This document shows, in pieces, positions 33,120 through 47,160 of a stretch of 64,000 nt of DNA. Source of the stretch: Microbotryum violaceum (taxonomy: Eukaryota); NCBI GenBank assembly GCA_001244265.2, contig CDLV01000004.1:1798001-1862000 (forward strand), written 5' to 3'. Every line of letters begins with the position of its first letter. Position 1 is the stretch's first letter. The position numbers and the translations under genes were made by a program. The notes below the pieces were generated by a model. That model was given only the letters and a program-made list of their open reading frames with translations. It had not been told where the DNA came from and ran no database searches.

Positions 33120-35169
33120 ATCGCACTACCCTACCTCGGCAAACGTCAATACATCGAATACATCAACCGCTACATCAGCTATCGACCCAATGTCCGACCA
33201 GGCACCGCCTGATCCGGGCCGCGGCCCTCCGGAGCCGGCAGCGACGGGGCAACCACGTGGTGACGCGGGGGCGGAGGCCGATGCCGCCGAGGGACCAGGG
33301 AACCCCGGCCTAGCGCTGTACCAGGAAAAGCGTGATGAAGAGAAGAAGAGGAAGGAGGATGTCGCGAGGATCCTGAAGATGATCAGTGTCGAAGATGGCA
33401 CACGCCAGGGCACCCGCATCCTTGTGCTCAAAGAAGCACTCCGCTTCGGCAAGGACCGGGCCACCTCCCTGCGCTTTAGCGCACTCAATGCAACGAAACC
33501 AATCGCCGACACGTCTGGTGCCGTTCTTGAAGTCACGTTCGAACACACCGGTGTGGCCACTGAACGCGAGAAGTCCGAGTTGTACTCGAAGGTGCTCCGT
33601 ACCCTGTCGCCCGACACGTCGTTGTGTTTTAACCTGCCCGCAGGAGTTGTCCTCCCCCCCGAGCTCCAGAAATACGCTCCAGTCATCCATGGAGTCGCAC
33701 CGGAGTCGATCATCCAAAACGGCAACACCCGGTTCAAGTTCGTGGTGCGCTGCGCTAGCGCAGCGGCGCTCGACCAAGTCCACGACGCGGCGACCAAGAT
33801 CGAGTGGAAACGCTCCTTTGCCCAAGTCCGCAAGCGCTTGGCGTTCGTCAAGAACGTCGTCGAACTGCGTTTCATCATCAGTCCTGAGGCTGAATACACG
33901 AATGACGACCTCTGGAGCAAACTGCAAGGCGTCGTCGCCAAGCTTACCGGGGACGGCCACAAATGCGACTTGCTCCAACTCCAGCAGCCTCTAACAGTCG
34001 TTCAAGGCTCGTATCTCGTTGCTCGAGGAAACTACGCGGCCATCGTCCAGTTCGACGACGACGATCTGTTCAAAAACAACGGTGCTCAACTTCGACAGGT
34101 TCTACCGACGAGGATCGACCTTCGAGGACGACTCGCAACTCTCACCCCCTTCGCCACGACTACGAGGCCGAAGCCTCCTGCCGCCGATGCGGTTTTGTAG
34201 GCCACTCCGACAACTGCGTTCAAAAGCCGGTCCAGCGTCAGCAGGCCGCCCAGAAAAATAACAACAACCAAAGGCCCCAGGCCGAGCCCCAAAGCAGCAT
34301 CGAGCAAACCTCGACCCCCAAAAACAACGCAGAGGTGATGTAGCCTCTCCCTCTCCCCCAATGTCCCCTGTCGCGTCCAAGCGTTCAAAGAAGAACGCAT
34401 CTCCCACAAGGGCCACTAACAACTCACCACGAGTCTACCCTGCTCGTTCACAAAGCTCTACACCCACAGCATCCGCCCTTTGCGGTTTCATCGTCGCCGC
34501 AAACCCATTCGCAAGTCTGGCCGGCGACGTGGCCGAAGAGGCGCAGGGGGAGCCCGCTCAGGCTCTCGAGGACGACGAGGACGCGATGAGCGTAGTCGAG
34601 GCACAGCTGGAACCACAGCAGGAGGTGCCGCCGTTGGAGCCTTCGGATCTGTCGGATCTGCAGGACCGCGGAGCGGAGGGGAACCAGGAGGAACACACGG
34701 AGACGAGTGACGCGGAAGAAGGGGAATCGCAGTCGGCCGAGACGGGGTCTATGCCTGAGGTTGTCTCGACGACCCCTGAGCTGACGCGGTTCCGATCGGC
34801 CAGTCACCATCAGCTTGATATGGACGGCCTTCCTGACGACTGGATGAATCGTGTGTCGGATCGCGAGCGCAAACAGGATGCCGGTCTGTACGATGAGATC
34901 ACCGAGTTGGACCGCACCCCGTCTGTGACCGGTTGGATGCCTTCGCCGTCTCCAGGTCCAGTGTGTGATCCCGAGCCCGAGCCCAAGCAGGAGGTGGAAG
35001 AAGGAACTTCCCAGGGTCTTCGCCGGTCCGAGCGTATCCAGCGTCTCACCAGCGTTGCGCGCACATCGGACTGGAACGAATCGACTGCTGCGGACCCTCT
35101 CCCGCCACCCACATTCGGACCTATGTTGTCCATCAAGGGAGCTGCTGCTGCAACGAAGGCGCGATCGTA

Positions 35170-38100
35170 ATGATTGAGTTCATCATCATGACCTGGAACG
35201 TCAACAGGGGCTTCAATACCCCTGAACGACGTCGTCTGCTTCTTTCGTATCTCACTTCGCTCACACCTCCCCCTTCTGCTATCCTTCTCCAGGAACATAA
35301 TGTTCCTAAAGCACGACAATCTCACATACGCCACGAGTACGCCCAGTCCCACCAGGGCGAGGCCTACTTTTCTCAACACTGCCTCACTTTGATTCCAAGC
35401 TCTTCTCCTCTTCTCGGTGGTCATCGTCGCACGCGTCAGTCTCTTGGCGGGCGCTTACTCGTGACCACCTTCGATGTGCGGGGTTCGACGGACGTCGTCG
35501 AACTCAACAATATCTACGCTCCGGTTCAACCCGCCGAGCGCCTCCTCTTCTTCACCTCCCTTCACTTTCGGGCGACCGTCTCCTCTCATATTCGGTTCAT
35601 CGCGGGAGATCTCAACGACTGCCCTATTCCCGCGGTGGATCGAGCGCAACAGGTGGACCGCCCGAACACCCACCACTGGCCTGTGCTTATGTCTCGGCTC
35701 GACGGGGCGTACACGGATGCCATTCGGCTCATGCACCCACTGTCGCCGGCGACCACGCGCCCACATCTCAGCAAGGACGGCCAGCTCATTTCGCGCGCGC
35801 GCATCGACTTTGTTCTGGTGCAGCGGCGACACGAGCGACGGGTCGTTTCTGCTTCTACTCTGTACAATATCTCTCGATCCATGTCGGATCATCGACCGGT
35901 TACGGTCACATTTAGGCTGCGCGCAAGTGGTGCCGAGGTCGAAGAGGAGCTCTGCCTTCCCCAGGCGGCTCATTTTCTGACCCGCATCAACTCGTCGACC
36001 TTCAGACACGCCGAGTTTAAGGAGTTCGTCACTCGTCTCCTTGAGCAGGCACCGTCTGGGGTCCGGTCGCGGACCTTCAGCGCGTACTCTCGGAGTCTCG
36101 GGTCCAAGCTCTCGAGCTGTCTCGGCGTCTGTTTCGGGAGCGCAACGCCCTCGAAATGATGCTGGTATCTCGACTGCAGGACATTGAGTCTCGTCGGGTG
36201 CTGAGCCCCTTCGATATTATCGACTGGACGAACACCCACGACGCTCTCACCAAACTTGTGAACGAGCGAGCAAGGCAGTCCCGGATCAGGGCGCACGTGC
36301 CCGAGATTGCATCCGAGGAACGTCTCAGTCGTCCGGTACATGCCAAACTGGCTGCTCGGTCCCGGGATGTGAAGTTTCAGAGTATCCGGCTCGCTGATGG
36401 CGAGCTCACCACTGACATGGAGCGCACGCTCGAGCACACCCATTCTCATTTCCAGCAGCACTACCTTGTCGAAGCGAAGGATCCGGAACAGGTCGTGACG
36501 ATGCGGGATGAGCTCTTGGGACCCATCAGATCAGCAAGACCTTGTGACGACCCGCTTTCCGACGCTCGCTTCCTTCGGCGGTTCTCGAATTCGCACGCCG
36601 ACATTCTGGCCGAGCCCATCAGCGAGGCCGAGGTGCTCGCAGCGATTCGAACCACGCACGAAGGTCGATCTCCGGGTCCTTCAGGGGTCCCCTATGAGAT
36701 GTATCGAGCCTGCCCCCTGCTTTGGGCCCCTCTCTTGACTCGAGCCTACAACGAGCTGATTACTCGAGGCTCCCTTACTCCACAACAGAGCCAGGCCAAT
36801 GTGCGCCTCTTGTTCAAACACAACAAACCTGGTGCAGCGCGGTGCGACCTCAAATCGTATCGTCCGATCACCTTGCGGGAATGCGACTACAAGATCTTCA
36901 CCAAGGTCTACGTGGCTCGTCTGAACCGGATCCTCCCCGATGTTCTTCCGGCCGGACAGCATGGGTTCGTCAAGGGGCGAAGACCAGCGGACGCGGCTTT
37001 GCATCTGCGGCTCCTGATCGATGAGATTAGGGGTCGTGGGGCAGAGTTCCCGACAGCAGCGCTCCTCTCCCTGGATCAGAGCTCGGCTTACGACATGGTC
37101 GAGCATGACTGGGTCTTTGCGGTGTTTGAGGCTCTCGGCGCGCCGGAATCTTTCCAGCGCGTCTTGCGGATGCTCTACAACGGCGAGACGTCCACAGCGC
37201 GGTACATTGTCAACGGTTTCCTTACCGAGACGGTGCGACTCCTGTGCGGTCTTGGCCAGGGCGATCCTCTCTCTTCTTCTGTCTGGGATGTGGTATTCCA
37301 ACCCTTCCTTGATTCTCTCAGTCGACGCAACATTGCGCTGACTATCACTCTTCCGGAGCTGGCTCATCGTCCGCAGACTCGATGCATCACCAATTTGGCG
37401 TTCGCGGATGACGCCGTCGTCGCTGTTGCTGGGCCGGAAGCTATTGCTTCGCTCGAGGCGTTAGCTCGGGATTGGCGACTCGCGACGAACGGACGTCTAA
37501 ACACCGACAAAACTGTGGTGATGCCATTGGGCGCGACGTTGTGGGATCGCGCGGACTTGTCCAAACTGTCGTTCGTGGCACCGGACGAGTCTCTTCCCTG
37601 GATCGGTCTCCAGTTTGCGCCTGACGGCAACAACAGGCTGGGATTCCATGATCTTGAGCGAAGGGTTGATCGAGTGATTCTATCGGTGCGCGACCGATGG
37701 ATGACGCACCATACCCGGGCTTTCTATCTTAACCGCTACGGCATCTCCAAGGTGCTGCACTCTCTCTCCGCCGACATCCCGCCATCCGACGTGATCAAGT
37801 CGATCGAGCGCAAGCTTGCTGACTTTGTGAAGGGAGGCCCGCGGCGCAGCGACTACAAGCAATCGGTCGTCTTCACGGCACGGGCACGAGGCGGTCTCAG
37901 CGTCGTGAGCATCCAGGATGTGGTGGATTCAGTCTCGGTACGGATCTGGGATGTGCTGGCCGGCGGGTCAACTGCGATTTGGGGCGATCTGGCTCGGAGT
38001 TCCATCCGGCGAGCGCTTCCGACCTTTGACTTTGCTGCGGATCTGTGGACGTGGAGGAACGCCGACGCACCCCGGGAGCTACATCCCCGCTGGCGAGCGG

Positions 38101-39211
38101 TGCTCTCGGTCGCTGAACGCTACCCTGCCGTCGTCGATCCTGCCAAACTTTCGGTCTCCAATCTTCTTTCTCTTTCCCCCTCCAACCGGGTCTGCATGAC
38201 TCGCGGGCGTTCTCGGAGCAGGATAAGCGTTTGGCGAAGCATTTCAGTTTCGAACGCACCATCGCCGACATCTATGCTCGAGCTCAATACCCCGCAGCTC
38301 CAACGGTGCCCTGGACCCCTGAGAAGCATCCCCAAGGCGACGGCTCGGAGCTGTCCAACCTTTGGCAATGGAAGCGCGATCAAGTCCAGGCGTGGATCCA
38401 GGTCGCAGGCGATCGCTTCATCCCGCCGCTTCCGCCTCCTGTTCCCGTCCTCGCACGTCGACCACCCGTCATTCGTGTCGTTGGAGCACCTGGAGCCCGG
38501 CCCGGCGGTCCCCTCGAGCACATCTTGCCCAGAGCGACTCCGGTCGGCATGCCTGATCAAAGACTTCCCCTCCCCTCCGCCCCCTTGCTTGCTAATCAGT
38601 GGAGAATGTTGAGCTTGGACAGACCCTACACCATTGCGCGACTTCGACGCGTCATCAACCATCGACGTTTCGACGACACACAACGCCCTGGATCACTCGC
38701 CACACCCAAAGAAAGGCGACTCTTCTGGGGTGGTTCCACACCGGGCCCGCCACGGCCCGCGAGCGCGAGGTGCACTTCAAGCTGGCGTACCACTTCACGC
38801 CAACGCGGAAGCGCCAGTTTGTGCAGCGGCATGGCGACTCGGCCTGCTGCCTTGTGCAGGCATGCAGCCTGGCAGGGGTGGAGGATGACTTTACTCACTT
38901 TTGGCATGATTGCCCTGACTCTTCTCAATTTTGGCAAGCAGCTAGGTCCATTATCTGCGACGCGCTGGGGTCGTGTCGATCCTCGACCTCGACTACACGG
39001 CACTTCAGATCGAGCACGGCCTCCCTCGACTGCGCGCTCGCCTTCCGACGTCGAAAAAGCGTCCAATCCGCGCCTTCATTGCGCTGGCGCTCAACACTCT
39101 CAGCAACCGACGCTGGGATCTCCATCGCCACGCCAGAGCGATGTCGAGCATGGACAAGGAGATGGCGGGACTGAAGGAGAGGTTGGAGCTCAGATTGGCG
39201 CGATGAAGTAG
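35170..39211 (+). pseudogene. LINE ORF2 (APE endonuclease-reverse transcriptase-Zn knuckle), frameshifted
   Basis: Domains are spread over ORFs 35170-36159, 36156-38612, 38231-39211, 38599-39174 and 38973-39206. Confidence 0.9.
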
Positions 39212-41587
39212 ATGTCCCTCCCTCCCTATCCAAGCAAAAACCAAACCCCCAAAAAATCACAAGTCCCTTTTCCCTCCTTCTCAATCTCCAAAATGTCTCC
39301 CAAACACGCCAGAATACTGAACCTGTTTTCTCTCGCTCTTTTTACCATTCCTCCTCATAGGCTTCCGTACTCCCCAGGAGCCTCGGGTTCTTTGCGCCGG
39401 CGGGCATTGTCGCCCTTGGTTCGAGCTTCTGCCACATCACGATGACACACAGCGAAAACGGATCCCCTTGGCCCTCTCCTGGACTATACCGTGAGTTTTC
39501 CACTCCTCTCAAGGGCCGGGTCTGTCTTCTCTTTCGGTCGAGCGACCCCGTGATCTCCTGTTCAAGGCCGGCACAAACTGCCTGCGTGGCTCGCCTCTCC
39601 TTGCTTTGCTGCTCGCTCGGAGTCGCGGCCCCGCGGCGGGTGACTCGGGTACCGAACCGCCATACACATCCACACTCGAGCGAGGTCCCACCCAATGACA
39701 TCACCGTCGTGGGCCTCATGCTCCTTCTTTCCCCAGTATCTGCGGTGATTGGGAACCACCTGCACGTACAAGGGGACTCGAGTGTGCGTTCCGAGATTGG
39801 GAGTACGCCGCAGGGAAGCGAGGCCCCTGCGGAAGGTATACCCCGCCCTTGTCTCCAGCCGCGCGCCGGTGTTGACGGCCACCCGCCCGCGCTGCACCCG
39901 ACCGAGGCGTGTCCAATGGACTGTCACATGCTCCGTGACTTTCCCCGGAAATCTCTGGATTGTGTGTTTTTGTGCGAAGTAGGCCTGTTTCGCAGTTGCA
40001 GTCATTGGAATGGGGGTGATCTGGGGTCGTGCGGTCGCGAGGGGGGCCGACTTTGGTAACCGAAAAGAGGTTTGGAATCCGCGGTGGAGATCCAGCGCAG
40101 ACGGGTACAAGGGGTATGTGATTGCTGCGGTCGCAGGGGGTTACATTCCCCCTTTGGACCACGTGAATCATTTGGATTGAGCGGGATGTTTGTGCCATCG
40201 GAGGCCTTGTTCGACGCGTCTCAAAGAATTAAGGGGCTTCAAGGAGTATGGCGGTCTCAGGGGGGGGCTGAAGTCAAAAGATCGAAGAAGGTTCAACTGT
40301 ACGACTATAATCGGATTCGCCTGTACAACACATGTACCATCACCAACGACTCATCCATCTTTTCCCGATTCCTTGTGTATAATCTTCAACCTTCCTTTCA
40401 TTCGTCTCTGGGAGGGAGCAACCGTGGGTGGGGGGGACTTGAACTCGGATGTATCGGGTTGGTCTGTTCTGCTAGTTACAACGCATCAAGCGGCGGTTGT
40501 GGTCATCATCGTGCATGCTGGGTAGCATCTCCTTTAGTTCCGTAGGGGGTTTTCTCGTCTTGCAAATTAGCGATGAGTTTCATACAAAAAAAAAAAGCCG
40601 AGTGACTTTTCATCCAAAGCGGATGCAACTGCTCAAGTAGTGGAAGCTTGCACCTCATCAAAATCGGTGAGTAGGTCTGGTAGATAGGAACAATAAATGC
40701 CATGTCGTGGGCCAAGGTTGATTCACGACTTCAGATGCATGTGCGAGGGCCACCCTGGAAGATCATGTCCCACTCGGGGCCTCAGCTTGTATGCGCCGAG
40801 CGTCGAGTGACTTTTGCACACCAAAGCCGCTGTTCCTGTCCGTGTCAGGTTACCATCCTCTCTTCAATGTCGCCCATTCCACGATTATTCCCCCTATATC
40901 GTTGTCTGTTTGATCGGCAAGTTTTAGGTGTACATCCGACGTGGCGAGCGATGCATTTCGGAAAGCGATCATGCATGTTGCCTGTTCTCCGACTGAGACT
41001 TTCCTGCTCAAAACTTCCCCCATGCTATGAAGCCCTCGCTATGTCCAAAATTTGGCAATCGCTTATTGAAAAGTATTTTAAGTATCTCCTACCCCCAATT
41101 AAGTCCAAAACAGACCTTTCAGATGCAAGTCAAAGCATTGAATGCCGGACCGATTCGGCGGCGCGCATTACTGGTCAGCACTAGTACTTGTTGGTCAAGT
41201 CTATAATGTAGAATCATCTCGCATCTCGCATGAACGGGCCAATGTGCAGTCATGGGGAGCAAGTAACGGAACTGGCTTATTAGTAGTTCCACAAGCTCCG
41301 AGGATGAACCCCCTCTGCTTGTGTGCTCACATTGGCAGACGCCGACGGCAATCTCGCCTGGGTCACGTGAAGGTAATTTACTCCTGTTTGCCAAATATGG
41401 CTGCACTGGTGACTGTACTATTACAGGCTATTGTTTGCGCCATCACCATATCACTTATTGGGGGAACCACAGGTGGTCGGTAGATCTATGGAAGCAAGCA
41501 ATGCACTACATATGGTCTTTTCGACTTTTGCTGTAAGGATTTGACGCGCCAATTCAGGCTCGCGCGCACGGACCCTCTCTCCCCCGT

Positions 41588-41734
41588 GGATGCTATAGCT
41601 GTGCTTCCCACACACGCGGGCTCACGGGTGGTACTCGCAACGCACATTCCCTTTTGGGCCTTCACTGTGTTGTCGACGTTTCCCCCAGAGGATGCTATAG
41701 CTGTGCTTCCCACACGCGAGCTCACGGGCGGTAC
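41588..41734 (+). repeat. ~102-bp tandem repeat; the second unit is cut by an LTR and continues, inverted, at ~14020-14073
   Basis: GGATGCTATAGCTGTGCTTCCCACAC occurs twice. GGTACTCGCAACGCAC..TTCCCTTTTGGGCCTTCACTG is found at ~41630-41670 and as reverse complement at ~14035-14073. Confidence 0.88.
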
Positions 41735-42550
<816 letters not shown>

Positions 42551-42898
42551 TCTGGGTTCTGCCTGGTTCGGGTTCGGGTTCGATTTTTTTTCCTTCGCAG
42601 CCGCTGAGCGGCGTCGCAGGGGCGGCTGGGAGGGTCAAAGTTTAACGTCGGGTTGGGACGGAGTCGTACATCCGAGTTGTTGGTTTCAAAAAAAAAGTGA
42701 AAGGCACGAGATTGCTCTTGAGCCTCACTGGTTCCGAGTCCAAACTGAAAGGATCAAACGGTATAATTTGCAGGCGAAGAAAGACTACTAAAAGGACTAA
42801 GGTCAAGAGACGCGGCGCTGCCGCGCGCGAGGGCAAGCGTGAGGCCGCAGAGGTCGGCTCGAGGTCGTCCTGAGGCGTAGGCGGAGCGGCGCCTTACA
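42551..42898 (-). mobile_element. TRIM-like family B element, 5' half: 5' LTR 42698-42898, oligo-T tract, start of internal region
   Basis: LTR homologous to 27511-27710 and 7169-7369. GAACCC repeats continue those at 26912 onward. Confidence 0.87.
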
Positions 42899-43274
42899 CG
42901 AAGCCCCTCGTACTCCGTTTCGGTGATCGGTTTCAAAGGATCCTGTGGTACCCGGGATCCCGTCGGAGGCATTTCCGACATAGCGAGCCGTACTCAGGTT
43001 GTCTCGGGATTCCGCGGGAGACATTTCCGACATAGCGGGCCCCGTCAGGAGTCATTCCGGTTGTAGCGGGGTCTGTGTGGAAGCACCGCGTGCAGCCGTG
43101 CTCCAAGAATGATAGACAGGATCAAACAGTCGTAGTTCAAGTCTAGAACCTCGAGGCAGTTAGCTGCAATACTAAACATAGGGGACTGGTGCACTCACCT
43201 AGAACCTTGAGGCAGTCAGCTGGCAAAAGCCAAGAAAGGTTCTAGGCGCGCGCAAGCTATCCAACTAAGCCCCA
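42899..43274 (-). mobile_element. 5' LTR (43074-43274) and leader/gag start of another LTR element (family I); continues at 27711 on the + strand
   Basis: TG...CA ends. Internal direct repeat with intron signals. The short ORF PITETEYEGLR joins LRASIQESKG at 27711 across the TRIM B TSD. It truncates the LINE ORF at 43275. No second LTR seen. Confidence 0.65.
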
Positions 43275-44930
43275 AAATTCCATCACCTTCTTCCGGCTCC
43301 CGGGCAAAAGGCCTCGGGCCTTGCACTGTGGTACTTGGGATTCCATCGGAAGCAGCGGTTGTAGCGGAGTTGTTTCGGTTGAAGCAGGATTGAGTTCCGA
43401 AGTCATCACCTCACCATTGGGCCCTCGAAAAAGCGTCGGGTTTACCGAGAAGTGTATTCCGTGGCCTGCTGGGAAGAAGAGTGCGTGCGTCGCCCATTGC
43501 TCGAGGTTATGGCTCTTGGAGAGTTCCGGGGGATTGAGCGTGGTCACCAACACCCAGGCTTCGAAGTATCGGACCCAACGAGCAGGAAGAAGTTTTGTCG
43601 TCTTTCTCACTGCATGGTCCCACTTTGGGGGAGGATGGCAAAAGTATGCCCACCAGATCCAGATCCAAGGGCGAGGTTGGGGGGCCGGTCTGGACAAGGT
43701 GAAAGGTGTTGGTTCGTTCGGTACCTGGAGGCGGATGCGGATGTCGAAGGTGGCGTGTGAAGCAGCCGTCCGGGGCCCGGAGCTGGAAGACCCACTTCGC
43801 GTGATCGATCGCTAGACGCCGAGGCCAATCAATCAAGCCGAAGCCGCCGTGATCGAGAGGGGTGCAGAGGCGCGACCGGGAGACCTTCGGGTGTCGCTGA
43901 GTGCCATCCGAAGCTCGACCGTGAATGGCGAGCATGGCGGCCTCCTCAATCTCCTTGACAACACTCTTGGGGGCGGGGAGGAATCGGCTGTAGTACAGAA
44001 TCTTTGTGCAGCAGTAGATGTTGATGATCGAACGCTTGGCTGCATATGGGAGATCGTACATCGGAATTGAGCGTATCCAAGCGACGGTCGAGGCCTTGAT
44101 ATCTTCCCAGCCCGCATCCTCGGCGATCTCCACCCCGACCTGAATACCAAGGTAGCAAAACTGCGAATCGCTGGCCGAGACGCCAGGTCCCGAGCTCTGG
44201 GGCGATCGGCCGATCCTGAAAAGCTCCAAGGAGGTAGAGGAAAGATTTGGCGTTGTTGAGCTTGCTGGCACTTGCCCGTTCGTAAAGCTCGATCGCCCGA
44301 TTGAGGTGGTCGAGGTCCGAGAGGTTGTGGAGTGCGCAGCAAGCGTCGTCGGCAAAGAGGAGTTCTCGAATGTTTTGGAGGCCCGCAATATCGATGCCCT
44401 TGGCTCTCAATCGGATCTGACAGGCAAAACCTTCGAACACCAGAACGAAGAGAAACGGAGCCAGAGGATCACCTTGCCGAACGCCCGACAGGATGTCGAA
44501 AGCGGCAGAGAGCCAACCGTTGAGGAAGATCGAAGCGCATTGGTTGGTGTAGGTCGCTCGGTACCATTGGCGGGCTTTGGGGCCGAGGCCAACGGCGCAG
44601 AGGAACGCCTCTTGAGCCTTTGTCATCTCCTCCAACGGATACGCTTCCTCGAGCTTGAGTGAGTCCGCGGGGAGAGGCGAGTTGAAGCGAGGCCGTCGAT
44701 GATCGCCTTCAGGGCCGCGTCATCGATGGGGCGGTCCTCATAGACCCGCTCGAAGTAGTCGCTGGCCGCTCCAAGCATCGAAGCAGGGTCGGAATGAACA
44801 ACATCGTTGACCGTGAGCGAAGGGATCAGGTCGGATGCTCGCACTTTGCGCAGGCGGATGAAGATGGAAGAGGGACCCGCCAGAGATGGGTCGAGGCGGG
44901 ACCGCAGGGCCGCGCCGTACCGCGAGAGGA
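43275..44930 (-). mobile_element. Fragment of a second L1/Tx1-like LINE ORF2 (RT region), frameshifted and internally deleted
   Basis: GVRQGDPLAP, LLFADD, YLGI and LCTPLDHGGFGLID motifs. Boundaries approximate. Confidence 0.88.
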
Positions 44931-47160
44931 ACCTCGCAGGACCCCCGAAAGCCCAGCCATAGGCGGCCCTCTAAAAACGGCCTTTTTCGAGGCGAAATGT
45001 CCAAAAAAAAACCCAAATTTTGACTGAAAATGTCCAAATATGAGGGCCGCCTAGTGCTGAATAATTTTTGAAAACTACTCTCCAAGCTCTACAATGCTCA
45101 CAAACTTTTCTGCGCTGCGCTCTGCTAGCTCTGCTCCACACCCGCCCCGCCGCGATCCACTGCCGCGCTTGATGGGCCAAGCTCTGACAAAGCTTACCGC
45201 CATACGAGCATGAGCCAGGCTGACCTTCATTCTTCATCATTGTTAACGCCCTTTGTCTTCGTCTGTGAACGGCCTCCTGGTGCTAGACAAGCAAGGGGTG
45301 CTGTTCAAATTCCTTTGATGTTCTGCAAAAGCCTGTACTGTTTTTCTTGATTGACGGTGATGTGAATTTCCCGTTCATCACGCCAGTTAGATTGTGTGGA
45401 ATCCTTGACCTCGTAGTTGATGCTTGACAAGTCCGGTTCAAGCGAATTTATGATACAGCGCCCATCGACTTGACGAATGCGCGCGTTGCCCCGATAAGAC
45501 AGGTTGGAGTAAACTCCCGGAGCGATGACACGTAGCTCTTGTATCACGGCATTTACGACAAGAGCAAGAGAGTCAACACTCTCAACATTTTCGTAAGTCG
45601 TGCTTGACTTCTTGTAAATGTTCCTCACTGCAGGGAAGGTGACAAGTAAAATGCGCAGTGCTAGTCAGTCATGTGAAGTTTTCCCACACAAGTGGTAGTT
45701 TGGCATACCTATCCGATTGCCAGTCGTTCCCTGCATTGTTCACCCGAAGGCAAACCCATAGGTTCTTCTGGGATTTCACACACGACCAGTGTGTCCACCT
45801 TGAGAGGACGGAGTGCAGACACATCACCATCAACAGCTCGGACGAGTACGTGGTTCGACATGATCTGACCATAGACCTCTTGTCGTCCTTTCATTTTGTC
45901 CTGTGGCGTCGGAGTCAAACGTCAGCGCAGGAAAAGGCACGCCCCAGCTTGGGTCATGATACATCACGAATCAGCGACTAACGTGAGATCGTCCCTCAGT
46001 GATGATCGCAGTTGTCGCTTGCTCGTGCAACGTCTTCTCCCGGATATTTGCCCCTGAATTGCTGAAGCGAAGGTTCCTCTCGTTCCCCACAAACTGTCGA
46101 TACCTGTCCATTCCCATTGTCTCGACTATCCGTCGAAGTGCGGCAGAATGCACGTTGCCGCGGTGCTCGGTTCGGTCTTGGGCAAAGGGTTGATCTGACG
46201 CTACGTTCTGCGCGCCACCTTTAAACTTGATCTTCCCGAGGTGTCGGCATTGGTGTGCACGTCGTCGAGCGAGCAAGCTGTCCAAGTCGAGTGTGGGGAC
46301 AGAGTAGAGGGCCCCCTTCTCTAAAAGATGACGCGGGTACGGGGGCGCTTCCCACTGGTTGAGAACATGGGTCTGTATCAGTAAATGCATCGATCAACCG
46401 AAAATTGTGTTCACTCACGGATTGCTCATGCTCATGGCATGCTTCGGCCAGGATTATTTGAAGCTGTCAATCTTCTTCTTCTGCATCGGCTTGATCGAAG
46501 CCAGCATCAACAGCATCGCTGAGGGTTCAATATACGGTTGTTAGTGATCGTTTGTTGCTCTCAAACACCAAGCTACGTACATGAGAGCTTCCTGGTCAAT
46601 GTCAAGCGCAGTCACCGAAAGAAGCGCGCTCAAAATCGCGTCGCGTTCCTCGCGTCGCAGAATACACGGTAATGGCTCCGATCCGACAAGACGGAGACAA
46701 TCGAGGACTTGGTTCAGACCAGCCTCGTCCACGTTCGGAGGGACACCTTGGCGAACGATCGATGTTGCCTCATCTATCGAGAGCAAGTTAAACGACCTGT
46801 AAGTGTCATGTCACTTGCACAAGATGAGATAAGTGAAAATGACTGAGACTTAACCATTGACCAGGATGTCAGGGAGAGGAGCTTGCTTGTGTTTCTCAAT
46901 GTCCCGTTCCTCGATGATGTCGCACATGCAAAGTCCTTTGAGAATGTCGCTTGGCGCAAGCGCAGCTTTAACGGCAATGGCCTCGATGTCGCCATCGCCC
47001 GGATAGGTACCGAGCGCAGTCAAATTGAGGTTGTGCAGGTTTTGGTAGGTGTGATGGTAACCTTGCGCGGAGCCAGCCGCATCTGTGCCAAGTTGATGCA
47101 TCGCACGCTGTAGTACCTCAACTTTGGTATATGACTGAGGAAAGAAAAGCCATAGATAGG

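Larger units (their letters stand above)
33001..40596 (+). mobile_element. Near full-length L1/Tx1-like non-LTR retrotransposon. ORF1 ~33190-35170, ORF2 35170-39211, long 3' region ending in A11 (40586-40596)
   Basis: ORF1 with CRRCGFVGH knuckle. ORF2 APE endonuclease (TWNVNRG, LLQEH, AGDLN, RIDF, SDHRPV), RT (YRPITL, LGQGDPLS, AFADD) and C-terminal C..C...H...C. Several frameshifts. Termini uncertain; no TSD found. Confidence 0.88.

Noticed and set aside
32954..33313. ORF with (FIFHLSS)n repeat
   Set aside because: It is the translation of the (CATCTTT)17 microsatellite; there is no evidence of coding.
39342..40545. Several 120-205 aa ORFs in the LINE 3' region
   Set aside because: No motifs; they overlap on both strands in GC-rich sequence.
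41588..41734. Repeat-spacer-like pattern suggesting CRISPR
   Set aside because: Eukaryotic context; the intervening sequence is also repeated and there are no cas genes.
44958..45052. 12-bp inverted repeat TAGGCGGCCCTC/GAGGGCCGCCTA as the terminus of the P-like element
   Set aside because: It is local only; the other end of the element is deleted, so the TIR and TSD cannot be verified.
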